In this document: piece after piece, positions 50,562 to 60,370 of the stretch
Numbering within the stretch: position 1 is the first letter of the stretch
Layout of the letters: the number at the start of each line of letters is the position of its first letter
Assembly: GCF_052425735.1 (NCBI RefSeq)
Contig: NC_135768.1
Coordinates: 16,430,001-16,494,000, forward strand
DNA length: 64,000 nucleotides
Source of the DNA: Oculina patagonica
Lineage: Eukaryota
Direction: 5' to 3'
Translations under genes and position numbers: made by a program
Notes under the pieces: generated by a model
What the model saw: only the letters and a program-made list of their open reading frames with translations
Told to the model about the DNA's origin: nothing
Database searches by the model: none

Positions 50562-52775
50562 ATGGAGTCCCTTTTGAAAAACCTTAAGCAGCATCTTACC
50601 TGTTCGATTTGTCTCGATATCTACAACGAGCCCAAAACTATATCATGTCTTCACACATTTTGCTGTGAGTGTCTATCGAATCATGCAAGAGCAAGCCACA
50701 GACAAGGAAAGTTTCGTTGTCCGGAATGCCAAGCTCTAATCGATTTACCCGAAGGAAACCGCTTCAAAAGTTTGCCGAGCAGTTTTTTCCACAACAGTTT
50801 GTTGAGTCTTCTTGCCGTTCGACGGAGTGGCGATGGAAGTAACATAACTTGTTCCCAATGTCGAAAGACCAACTCCCAGATGTACTACTGTTTTGACTGT
50901 GGACAATTTCTGTGCCCAGACTGTAACAACGCGCACGACATGTTAAAGGCATCATTCGCCGGGCACAAAGTCACGCCAGTGAAGGAGTTTAAAGAAGAAG
51001 ATTACGAAGCCTTGCTGAAACGACAGCTATTTGGCTCGCAGCAGTTCCATGAGAAGGAAATCACGAGATTCTTCTGCTTTTCGTGTCAAGATTGTGTTTG
51101 CCAAATTTGCATTGTCACCGATCATCGGAATCACGAGATTATTCTACTCGACAAAGCAGCCCATGACGAGAAAACCAACATCATGTCGGGTGCTGAAATG
51201 ATCGAGGAAAAGATAAGCGAGCTTGGTGAAGTGATTCGAAAGTTTGAAGATACGTTTTCCCAGCTGGAAAACAATGTCGGAACCGCTAAACGTGGAGTTT
51301 CGCAAGCTGCTGAACAAATGATTGCAAAGATTCGAGAGCGCGAGCGAGAGGCGATTGTATTACTCGAGACTACACGCGTGACGAGGCTCGAGAGAATTGA
51401 CTCTGCTATGCAGGACGCGCAGTCCCTTGTCAAACAAATGAAACAAGCGGTTGAGTTTGCAAAAAATCTGGCAGAAAGAAGCTCAAGCTCGGATGTCATG
51501 CGGAACAAGGAAACTTTGAAGCAAAGATTTGAAATGCTGCGTGCAGTTGACGTTCCTAAACATAACGAGACTACATTTGTCCAATTTACCCCGGCTTCTG
51601 TAGACGACTTGAAATTGGGTCTTATTGAGACTACCGACAAGTACAGGGCAGAGGCAAATCGATCAACGCTTGAAGGACTGGATCAAATTCTTCAGGCTGG
51701 TGTAGAAGCAGAGTTTACGTTATGCCTCAAAACATCTGAAGGCGAGCTGAGTAACCAGGCTGATCTCAAAGATCAAGTTGAAGTTCTAATAGACCCCGCT
51801 AAAGATGTAACAAATGTGATGGTTAGCGAGAAAGAAGACGGTAATCTTCAGCTGAAATTTTCCCTGCAAGTACCGGGCGCCTACAGCATTGAAGTGAAGA
51901 TCAATGGCGATAAACTTCCGACTTCTCCTTTTACTATGGAGGTGAAAGAACGTGAACTTGTTGTAGTCGGTGAGTTGGACTTAAAATTCAATCAAGGAGA
52001 CGTGCCCCAAAGGTTACATGGGATTGCTGTTAACAGGGAAGACAAAATAGCTGTGACAGATAACCATGGACACTGTGTTTATGTCTTCGATAAAGATGGC
52101 AATTGTTTAAGGAAAATTGGAAAACAAGGATCAGCTTCTGGACAATTTCAGCACCCCACTGGCGTTGTATTTTTAAACGATAACGAGATTCTGATTGCAG
52201 ATCAACTGAATCATAGAATACAACACATAAATATCCAGACAGGAACTGTTGTGAAAAGTTTTGGAAAATGTGGAGCAGGAAAAGGAGAGTTTAAGAATCC
52301 ACTTGATGTTTGTTTGGATGATGAAGGACGCATTGTTGTAACCGATTGCAGTAATCATAGGATACATGTGTTGTCAAAGGAAGGAGAAACTATTTCCATA
52401 TTTGGAGACAGCGGCCCTGAGAAACTCAACAATCCAAGAAGCTGCATTGCTTACAAAAACATGTTTCTTGTTTCTGATACAGACAATAACTGCATTAAAG
52501 CTTATGATCAGTCAGGAAGTTTTATGTACAAATTTGGAACACAAGGGAATCAAGACGGACAATATAACTTGCCGTATGGTATGCTTGTAGACACGTCCGA
52601 TAATATTCTTGTATGTGATTACAAAAATATGCGAGTTCAGCAATTTTCTTTAGACGGTCGCTTCACAGGCAAAACTCTCACTCATTTACCAAATCCTGTT
52701 GGAATAGCAACAGCACCAGATGGACGTATTCTCGTGACTAGCTATACAGCTAAAAAAGTATACATATTGAAGTAG
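50562..52775 (+). CDS. TRIM-NHL E3 ligase copy 2, intronless, 737 aa
   Basis: Intact ORF with the same architecture as copy 1; B-box2 first Cys replaced by Gly. Confidence 0.92.
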   Translation: MESLLKNLKQHLTCSICLDIYNEPKTISCLHTFCCECLSNHARASHRQGKFRCPECQALIDLPEGNRFKSLPSSFFHNSLLSLLAVRRSGDGSNITCSQCRKTNSQMYYCFDCGQFLCPDCNNAHDMLKASFAGHKVTPVKEFKEEDYEALLKRQLFGSQQFHEKEITRFFCFSCQDCVCQICIVTDHRNHEIILLDKAAHDEKTNIMSGAEMIEEKISELGEVIRKFEDTFSQLENNVGTAKRGVSQAAEQMIAKIREREREAIVLLETTRVTRLERIDSAMQDAQSLVKQMKQAVEFAKNLAERSSSSDVMRNKETLKQRFEMLRAVDVPKHNETTFVQFTPASVDDLKLGLIETTDKYRAEANRSTLEGLDQILQAGVEAEFTLCLKTSEGELSNQADLKDQVEVLIDPAKDVTNVMVSEKEDGNLQLKFSLQVPGAYSIEVKINGDKLPTSPFTMEVKERELVVVGELDLKFNQGDVPQRLHGIAVNREDKIAVTDNHGHCVYVFDKDGNCLRKIGKQGSASGQFQHPTGVVFLNDNEILIADQLNHRIQHINIQTGTVVKSFGKCGAGKGEFKNPLDVCLDDEGRIVVTDCSNHRIHVLSKEGETISIFGDSGPEKLNNPRSCIAYKNMFLVSDTDNNCIKAYDQSGSFMYKFGTQGNQDGQYNLPYGMLVDTSDNILVCDYKNMRVQQFSLDGRFTGKTLTHLPNPVGIATAPDGRILVTSYTAKKVYILK

Positions 52776-52906
52776 ATGTTTCAATCGTCAGTATTTGTAT
52801 TTGGTATCATAGCTGACTCGGTAAATGTTTTGCAATTCGCAGTCTCTGGTTCGACAATATTGTGCATTTTCTGGTCTTACGTCACATTTCATTATGGCGA
52901 TATTTG

Positions 52907-53909
52907 TATAGGTAATCACATGATTTCGAGTGCAATTTGGGATAAATAAGCACGAGTAAATTTTTCAAAGGCTAACAAAGTTGCATGAGCCCGTAGGGCG
53001 AGTGCAATTTGTAGTCTTTGAAAAATTTACGAGTGCTTATTTATCCCAAATTGCACGAGAAAAATCATGTGATTACTTATTAATAATATTCATGAAAAAA
53101 TTGCGAGAAAATAACAAGCGCAAATCTCGTACAAAAAATATTTATTCAAACTCGGCAAAAAAAATCACTCGTTCATTCAAAACAAGGTCAAAGCCCAAAC
53201 AACGTACAGGCCGGGTTTCTCAATGTTTTAAAAGTTTTTTAGCCGAAAACTCTGGCTAAACAGCTCAACGAATTATCTAAATACAAGATTCTGGGTTTTA
53301 CCTTTTCCAGAGATTTTCTTCGCTTCGTACTTGTCGAGCTTTGCTTGAGCGCTTTCGACTCGACCTCCAGCCAAGTGGAGCTGTTTCGCTTTTCTTTTCA
53401 ACACTTCCTTAGACAATTCTCTGTCCCGTACAGTTCTCTAAGTAAAGTGTCTTTCAAGTGATGTATATGTAGTCATTACTTTGAGGCTATCTGGTCCATA
53501 ATCTTTGCCAATGTGTTTGTTTTTGAATTCGGTGAATTCGGCGTAAATAAATTCGCTCAAGCATAGCAGTTATTCCAAAACGAGAACCAAACACCAATGC
53601 TTTTCAATGCTATGGTATTTAGAGCTGTCTTCTGGTCCTCTACTGTGCTCAAAACGCCAGCCATTTTTTTCACTCGCATCTCGAAGCAGATCCAAACTTC
53701 GCGCCATTCAGATCGCGTGGAAGCGTTTGATTGGCCCCCTGTGGCTGCCTTTGTTTATTAACCAATCAGGATGCCGCGTTTGTTTCTTTTTTTTGCACTG
53801 AATTTCGTCATTTCTGCACTGAATTTCGTCATGTCTGCATCGAATTTCTTAAAAACTGCATTTCTCTAAGCCAATCAGATTCGAGAAATTTTTTGATGTA
53901 TATTATTAG
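52907..53909. mobile_element. ~1-kb insertion without TSD and with ~170-bp terminal foldback (Crypton-like, non-autonomous)
   Basis: Absent from the paralogous 3' flank of copy 3 (GGCGATGTTTA|CCCAAAATACAAT near 62690); hairpin TAATCACATGATTT...AAATCATGTGATTA at about 52913-53075. Confidence 0.7.
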
Positions 53910-53974
53910 CCCAAATAACAATGTGAACAAAACTTGTATATAGTATGATGATGTCATAAATGCTTTCAAATTTG

Positions 53975-54125
53975 TAGCCTGCGTAGCAGGCGCCTGCATA
54001 ACTTTTTTAGTGCGTTTAAAAGAGAGCGAGATCGCGAGAAGGCCACGCGATAATTTTTTTTTTCTCGCGTGGCAACCTCGCGCCCATACGTGCGCTCAAA
54101 ACTACGGCGCCTGCTACGCAGGCTA
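53975..54125. mobile_element. MITE with 9-bp TSD
   Basis: TAGCCTGCGTAGCAGGCGCC ... GGCGCCTGCTACGCAGGCTA; TSD TCAAATTTG on both sides; empty site in the paralog near 62760. Confidence 0.92.
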
Positions 54126-54666
54126 TCAAATTTGTAAAGACAAAATCGTGTAGTACACGCACATGTTAATTGGTGCCTTTTTTACGTAAAGCGATATAGA
54201 TTCCTTTAGTGGTTTAGTAGGTGAATATTAGCCTGCGTAGGATTAAATTCGTCTGTGAATATTAGTTTTCTTTCTTTACAAGATGAGTTTCAAACCTTAT
54301 TTTTTTAACCTTATTTTATTTTGTCCATTTAAACTGGCACGACAGTTGAACTTTTTAGTAGAAGATGAAGTTTTTGAGTATTAATTTACGATGACGAATG
54401 TTGGAAATATTTTTTAAATATTTTCGGTCAAAAGTAGTTTTTCACATGTATTTATATGGCACTGAAAGAAGCTATTATTATTTGTTAGCTTCTGAGAAGA
54501 TTTAGATGTCTTAGATTTTTAGTACCATAAATTTAATAAAACACAAATTGCACAAACTTACTTTTTCAGTTTTCTGTTTCGTATTTAACATTTTTAGACT
54601 AGTGGTTTGCTTTCAGCAAAAATTCCCACGGGACCTTTCATTAAGACATTTGCTCACAGACTATAT

Positions 54667-55949
54667 CAATCTCGAGCCCAGAGTGACCCCCGGCTCCGCG
54701 ATCCGTCAGCGGTTGGTCAGCGGTAGGGTCGCCGGGACTCACTCTGGGAAACTGAATTTTAATTCAGTGGCCTACTGGTCCTCACAGAACAATAGAAATC
54801 AACACGGAAGTCTGAAAATCCTCCCCGGAAGTAAACCAAACCGGAAACCCTGGAAAAACATTTTTTTGTTTTCCATGGTCAAATGTTCAGATGTATCACC
54901 TTAATTTTGTAAAACATCTAAGAACTCGTGATATGGCGCTACATACATGAAGTATTTTCTAATTCTACCATTTTTGAACTCAAAAGATACCATGAATAAA
55001 AAAGGACTTCCTTTAAACGTCAATTCTGAACGGAGTTTTAAAACAACAACGACGGCGTCACCAAGGACAAGGTCCGATTGAAAACTCAATTTATAGTTGA
55101 CTTACAAATCTCGTTAGAACTACTGTTTTCATTCAAATCTCCAATACGGTTGAAAAAGTGAATATTGCAGACAGTGCTCGATTCAAAATAATAACTAATA
55201 ACGCAGAATTTGAACATTACGCGTTGTTGTTTTGCTGAAAAAAAGGAATTGTACAATTGTGTGCACGTGAATTGCGTGAATTGCGTGCACGAGCTGAGTC
55301 GCCGAAGTGCTAATTACACCTTTTGAATAGCGTTGACCGGTGTGGCCTTTAACGTCTTTATTAATATTACCGCCATTCGACGAGGAAAAAATTATTTGCT
55401 CGAAAACATGCAATCTATCATGAAAAGATGCGCTGTCAGCGAGAAGCCTCTGAAATATACGAAAGTCGCCAAACAAAAAATTTTTATCAACAGAACAATA
55501 GCTTGTCCGTGCGTTGTGCATTATGTAAATTTCTTCGCCGTCGTCTGCAAAACAACAACTGACACACGCGCGCAGTTTTCACAAGCGGAATCCTGGAAGG
55601 CAAACAAAATCTTTGATTTAAAACCAATATAGTAGTATGCTCAAGAAAGAGACTAAAGGAAATCAAAACACCAGACGCTCTTTTGTTAACTGCAGAACGT
55701 TTTTGTTACGTTTGTTGCTTCGATAAACACCAGTTCTGTCCATACTGTGTTTTAGAGATAGTTCAACTTTCTCGATTTACTTCCGTTCTGGGAAATTTAC
55801 TTCCGTTTAGACCTGAGAGCATGCGCAATAAAAACCGGAAGACCAAGGTTCTACCTGAAATCGACCTGAAATTGATCTGATCGATTCCAGTTTCCCAGAG
55901 TCCGTCCCGTACCGCTGACCGACATAGACGGACTCTGGGCTCGAGATTG
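54667..55949. mobile_element. Non-autonomous DNA transposon, 18-bp TIR, 9-bp TSD, with nested repeat fragments
   Basis: CAATCTCGAGCCCAGAGT ... ACTCTGGGCTCGAGATTG; TSD AGACTATAT at 54658-54666 and 55950-55958. Confidence 0.9.
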
Positions 55950-57499
55950 AGACTATATGGGCTAGTAACCTGGAACGAGTTCCGTTTGCTCGAGGGCATC
56001 ACGCGGATAGTCCTGGTGTCGAGATTGTTGTTTCTCGTGATTTTATCCTAAACTGCACCACAACCATGACTGCACTCCTTGTTTCGTTTGTTGCAAAGAA
56101 AGAAAGAAAAAGGATAGTAGCGATTTAGGGTGAACCATCAGTGATTCAATTAAATCCGAGCAATTAACTCGATTTACCTTTGCTTTTCATCCTAGAAAAC
56201 AACTTTTTGTGGAACCAGCCGGTTGTTACAGTTTTGCCTTCAGTGAAAGGCTCTATAAGTCACGTCAAGTCTTGGAAAATTCGCATATGAAAAGCGCTCT
56301 GTTTGTTTCCCACCCGTATGATTAGCTTAAATATTATTATATAATTATATTTAAAGCTACTCTAAAATTCGAGATGAAATAAAGTCTATGTATGTATGTA
56401 TGTACTCTCATTTAAACCTTCGATTCCCCATCTATACTGATACTCTTGCGCATGTAACACTGGCGAAAGTTATCATCCAGAGAGGATGAGGTTTAGGACA
56501 TAATGCCTCATAGACTTATAGAATGGTACACTTTCGAGAATCCCCATCTAGGCAAGCGAGGAATACCATATGTCAAAGGGCATAGAACAGGGAGACCCAG
56601 TCGGCACCGCTGCGACACATTAAACCTCTTCTGGGACCGGCCTATTTATGTCCTATGGTGGGCCATCTTTAACATCGGCTTCTCCATCAAACACGTTCAC
56701 CATGATATAAAGAATTTTGTAGAATTGCACTTTTTCGCATCACTTTACAGCGCTCATTTTATATATCGACTTCTGCTACGCGAAGGATTAGCCGGCTTCA
56801 GGCTCCATTGCGTTACATTAAAAATTCATAGTGTCCATTCAAGGAAAGCGCTTATGATGTCATGCGCCAAACACGGTCACGAGCACGCGGGAAATTAACT
56901 CCTATCATTGTTTGTGGTTGGAAAGCAAAGCGATTACTTTGGGTCCAGAGATCACGAACCCACATCAAATCTGAAGCAAGAATGAGTTCTGGATCGAGAT
57001 CGGAATACAGTACCTGTTGTTTCATGTCACGTTTGTCACGTTGAATTCGTCACGCAACTGCTAAACAGTGGCATTCGTTGTTCGATTACAAAGCTTATAA
57101 CTTTTACGTGCAGTCGGGAAATTAAAAGCCATTGATGTAAAATCCTCGTTGAAGCACTCGAGGAGCCTCCGAGTTTAATTATCCAATCAGAAACTAACAG
57201 GAGGACAGACAAGCGCTCCGGAAACAGTCACGCCAGTATGGCACCATGACATACGTCATGTTGCTTAGCAACGTTGGCGACAAAAACCGTGGGCTCAGCC
57301 AATACTCGGAGATAGCCATGGATGTAGCGCTTGGTTACTAAGCAACCAGGAAATGGAGTAGAAGTGTATTTTTCAGGCATTAAAAAAATGCAACATTGGA
57401 ACTGTTTTCCTCTGCAAAGCTGTTCTCGTGGCACATTTTTTTTATTCGTATAGTTGACAGTGAATTACTCTGGGCTTAGTTTATGGTGGACGATTTGAT

Positions 57500-57993
57500 T
57501 AAGGCTTTCTACAAGTTGCTCGGGATTTCCCAAAACGTTGCCCGTAATTTCTAAAAAAGTTGCTCAGAAGTTGCCGCAAAAATCCAAAAAAGTTGCTTCT
57601 GATAATAAAAGTTGCGCGAAAGTTGCTCCAAAAAATCCAAAACGAAAATTTGTTAAATGACAAGGTTTTCTGTAACTGAGAAAAATCGTGAAGATATCGA
57701 TGACGTCATGTTTCCTGACGAGTTTTGTAATGTTTTAATGCAGAATGAGCCGAAACATGGGTTGAAACGTCTTCAGATGTTCATCGAAAATCTTCGGCAA
57801 ACTTCTTAAATCTTCGAAAACGTTCGTATGGCCTTTGAACAACACTCGGATAAATTTCGGAGATCTTCGGTCTGGAAATTGCACAAAATGCAACAAGTTG
57901 CTCGAGAGGAAAAAAGTTGCTCGAAGGGGAAAAAGTTACTCGAAATATGAAAAGTTGCCAAAAAAATTGCCGAGCAACTTGTGGAAAGCCCTA
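57500..57993. mobile_element. hAT-type MITE
   Basis: TAAGGCTTTCTACAAGTTGCTCGG ... CCGAGCAACTTGTGGAAAGCCCTA; 8-bp TSD GATTTGAT; empty site in the paralog near 36970. Confidence 0.92.
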
Positions 57994-58393
57994 GATTTGA
58001 TTCGTCACTTTAAACAAGAAACAAACATAAGCAAATACAAAGCTGATCGAAAAGGGAGAATGTGATACCCACAAGTTTTTTTTCGCATGATTGGAATCCT
58101 AAATTGCTCACTGTATCCAAGTAAATATACAGGCAATTAACCTTAACGAATATAGATGCACTGCAAAGGCCGACACAATCAGGCTTGGCTTTTGTATATA
58201 TTTTTTTCTGTGTGGTGCATTTTTTTTTTCTTTTGCTTTTTTGGGGGCCTTGTAAAAATAAACTATTTACTGCGCGAAGTTGAGCAAGACATCTGAAAAA
58301 TGTTCTGAGTCGGGCTTTCCATTAGTACAGAAATTGCATTCAATTACTAGGTTCTAAATTCGTCAGCTATAAATAGCCTTTTAGCTTATCTTC

Positions 58394-58470
58394 CATTCTC
58401 GGCCCAGAGCCCACGACCCTTCTGCTTTGCGATCCCTGGCACCAGAAGGATCGTGGACTCTGGGTAAGAG
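58394..58470. mobile_element. Short foldback MITE related to the 54667 family
   Basis: CATTCTCGGCCCAGAG...CTCTGGGTAAGAGA hairpin; a similar element lies near 17746-17825. Confidence 0.5.
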
Positions 58471-60370
58471 AGAGAGAGGGCTTTTCTTCATAACTCACAA
58501 TACAGAATAAAAAATATGCTGTTCAAAACAACGATCCAAACAGTCAACAATGGCACATTTATTTCATTACCACCCACACTAGTCTTTGCACGCCTTGCGT
58601 ACCTATGTTTCCAAATTCAGACGGTTTGTGAAAATAGCTCTATCATATCAAAACAACTCTCCACGTACATTCATAGACAGAAATGGCACATTTATTATAT
58701 GCAACACAACAACAATCTTATGTTACAGTGCAGGTCAGCCAACCTTTTGAAATTTGAGTGTCAAAAACAGCCAGTGACGTGACGTAAATTGGTTCTGTTT
58801 TCTCGGAATCTGAAATAATACCTTCAGGCTGTTTTCTGTTTTTCAAGAGCTTTACTTAGCAACGACGCTCGGTAACGGATGAAGTTCTTTTTGAGGCCTC
58901 TTACGAAATCGTACCACGATCACATTTAATCGTGCTCGCAATTTTCAAATAGCTAACTTTTTTTGATAAAAGATCTAAGAGGACTACGATCTTGCATTCA
59001 AAATATGCAAAGCCTGAATTACCAAAGGGTAAATTCAAGGGCTTTAAGAACTTTAATGACATCTGATTGGCCACTAGCAGACAGTTGTGACGTTAATTAA
59101 TTCGGTTTTCTCAGAAACTAAACACCTTGGAGGCAGTTGTATTCAGTTTTTCTTAACTGTGTTTCCTTTAGTCTCGATATTAATAGATTACAAAGTAAGT
59201 ACGACTGTCGGAAACAGGATAATACCATGGAAATCAAACAGTGATTGTGAAATGTTTGTCTGGAAATCTTTCTTATTCTTATGTCTAGAAGATTCGTATC
59301 TAGCCAATCAGTGTTCTTTAATGCATTAATCAGTGTTCTTTATTTAGCTTTTAGTGGATATAATCTTTCAGTCTGTCGAGTCAAAGAGTTGTGAAATCTA
59401 GCGAGAATCGAAGAGGAGAAGAATAAAATCTAGTGAAGACGAGACAGTGTGGGCTATCCTTTCTAATTTCCCACACGACAATTTTTTTGCCAGCATAAAA
59501 AGCCTCCCAAAACTCTAATATAGGAAAGACCACAACGACAAACAATGAACAGTGCCGGATCTTTTGAAGACCTGGATCAGTAAAAAATCTTGAGATAATA
59601 CGAAAAATACAGCAAGCTGATCCCTACGGTAAGAAGAAGATATTGAGACAAAAATATATTGGTTTGAGAAATAAAACTTCTACGAGGGAGCTTTGAAACA
59701 TAACAAAACATATTCCGATAGGCAAACAAATGGATTAAATGTTACTAATTTAGTTCATCGCGTCTATTTACACCTTGAGACTCAAGCCGCTTGTCTATGA
59801 GGTGTACCTCGCGTGTCTTTACACGCATTGCAGACCTATGTTCCAAAATAGCATGTTCTTCACACCTCGTAAAACAGTATTAAAATAGCTCAATTTTGTC
59901 AAAACAAAACTCAAAGCAGACAACAATGGCACATTTACTAAATGCATCAAAACAAAAATCTTATGTTACAGTGAAGGTCAGCCAACCTTTTGAAATTTGA
60001 TTGTCAAAAACAGCCTCTCGTGACGTTAATATCTTCTGGTGTAGTTAGCGACGGCACGCGATCACGGAAAATGTTCCTTTTAATCGGGCTTATTTAGAAT
60101 TTGCAACACGATTTCATTTAGTTGTAGAAAGCAAATTTCAAAAAGCGATATTATCTCGATTAAATATCGGAGAAGAGTACGCTCTGGCATTTAAAATATG
60201 GAACGCCTGAACTACCCAAGGTCAAACTCAAGAGCTCAGTGAAAACTTCAACGACATCTGATTGGCCACTAGCAGACAGTTGTGACGTTAATCAATTCGG
60301 TTTTCTCAGAAACTAAAATCTTGAGGTATTTGTGTTTCGCAAGCTTCACAGAGCAGAGCGACGCCTCACG

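Larger units (their letters stand above)
56578..59150. repeat. Direct segmental duplicate of 36074-38000 (GAIN-gene 5'UTR/promoter plus TRIM promoter), lacking both CDSs
   Basis: Colinear high similarity from GGCATAGA.CAGGGAGACCCAGTCGGCACCGCTGCGACACAT through TTCTCAGAAACTAAA. Confidence 0.9.

Noticed and set aside
51131-51640. Antisense ORFs recurring in each TRIM copy (also 38597-38899 and 60940-61455)
   Set aside because: Shadow frames of the coiled-coil coding strand; recurrence is explained by paralogy, and their lengths differ.
56503-56898. 131-aa plus-strand ORF
   Set aside because: It spans a duplication junction, and the paralogous sequence near 36.1-36.4 kb has an indel and stops; no recognisable domain.
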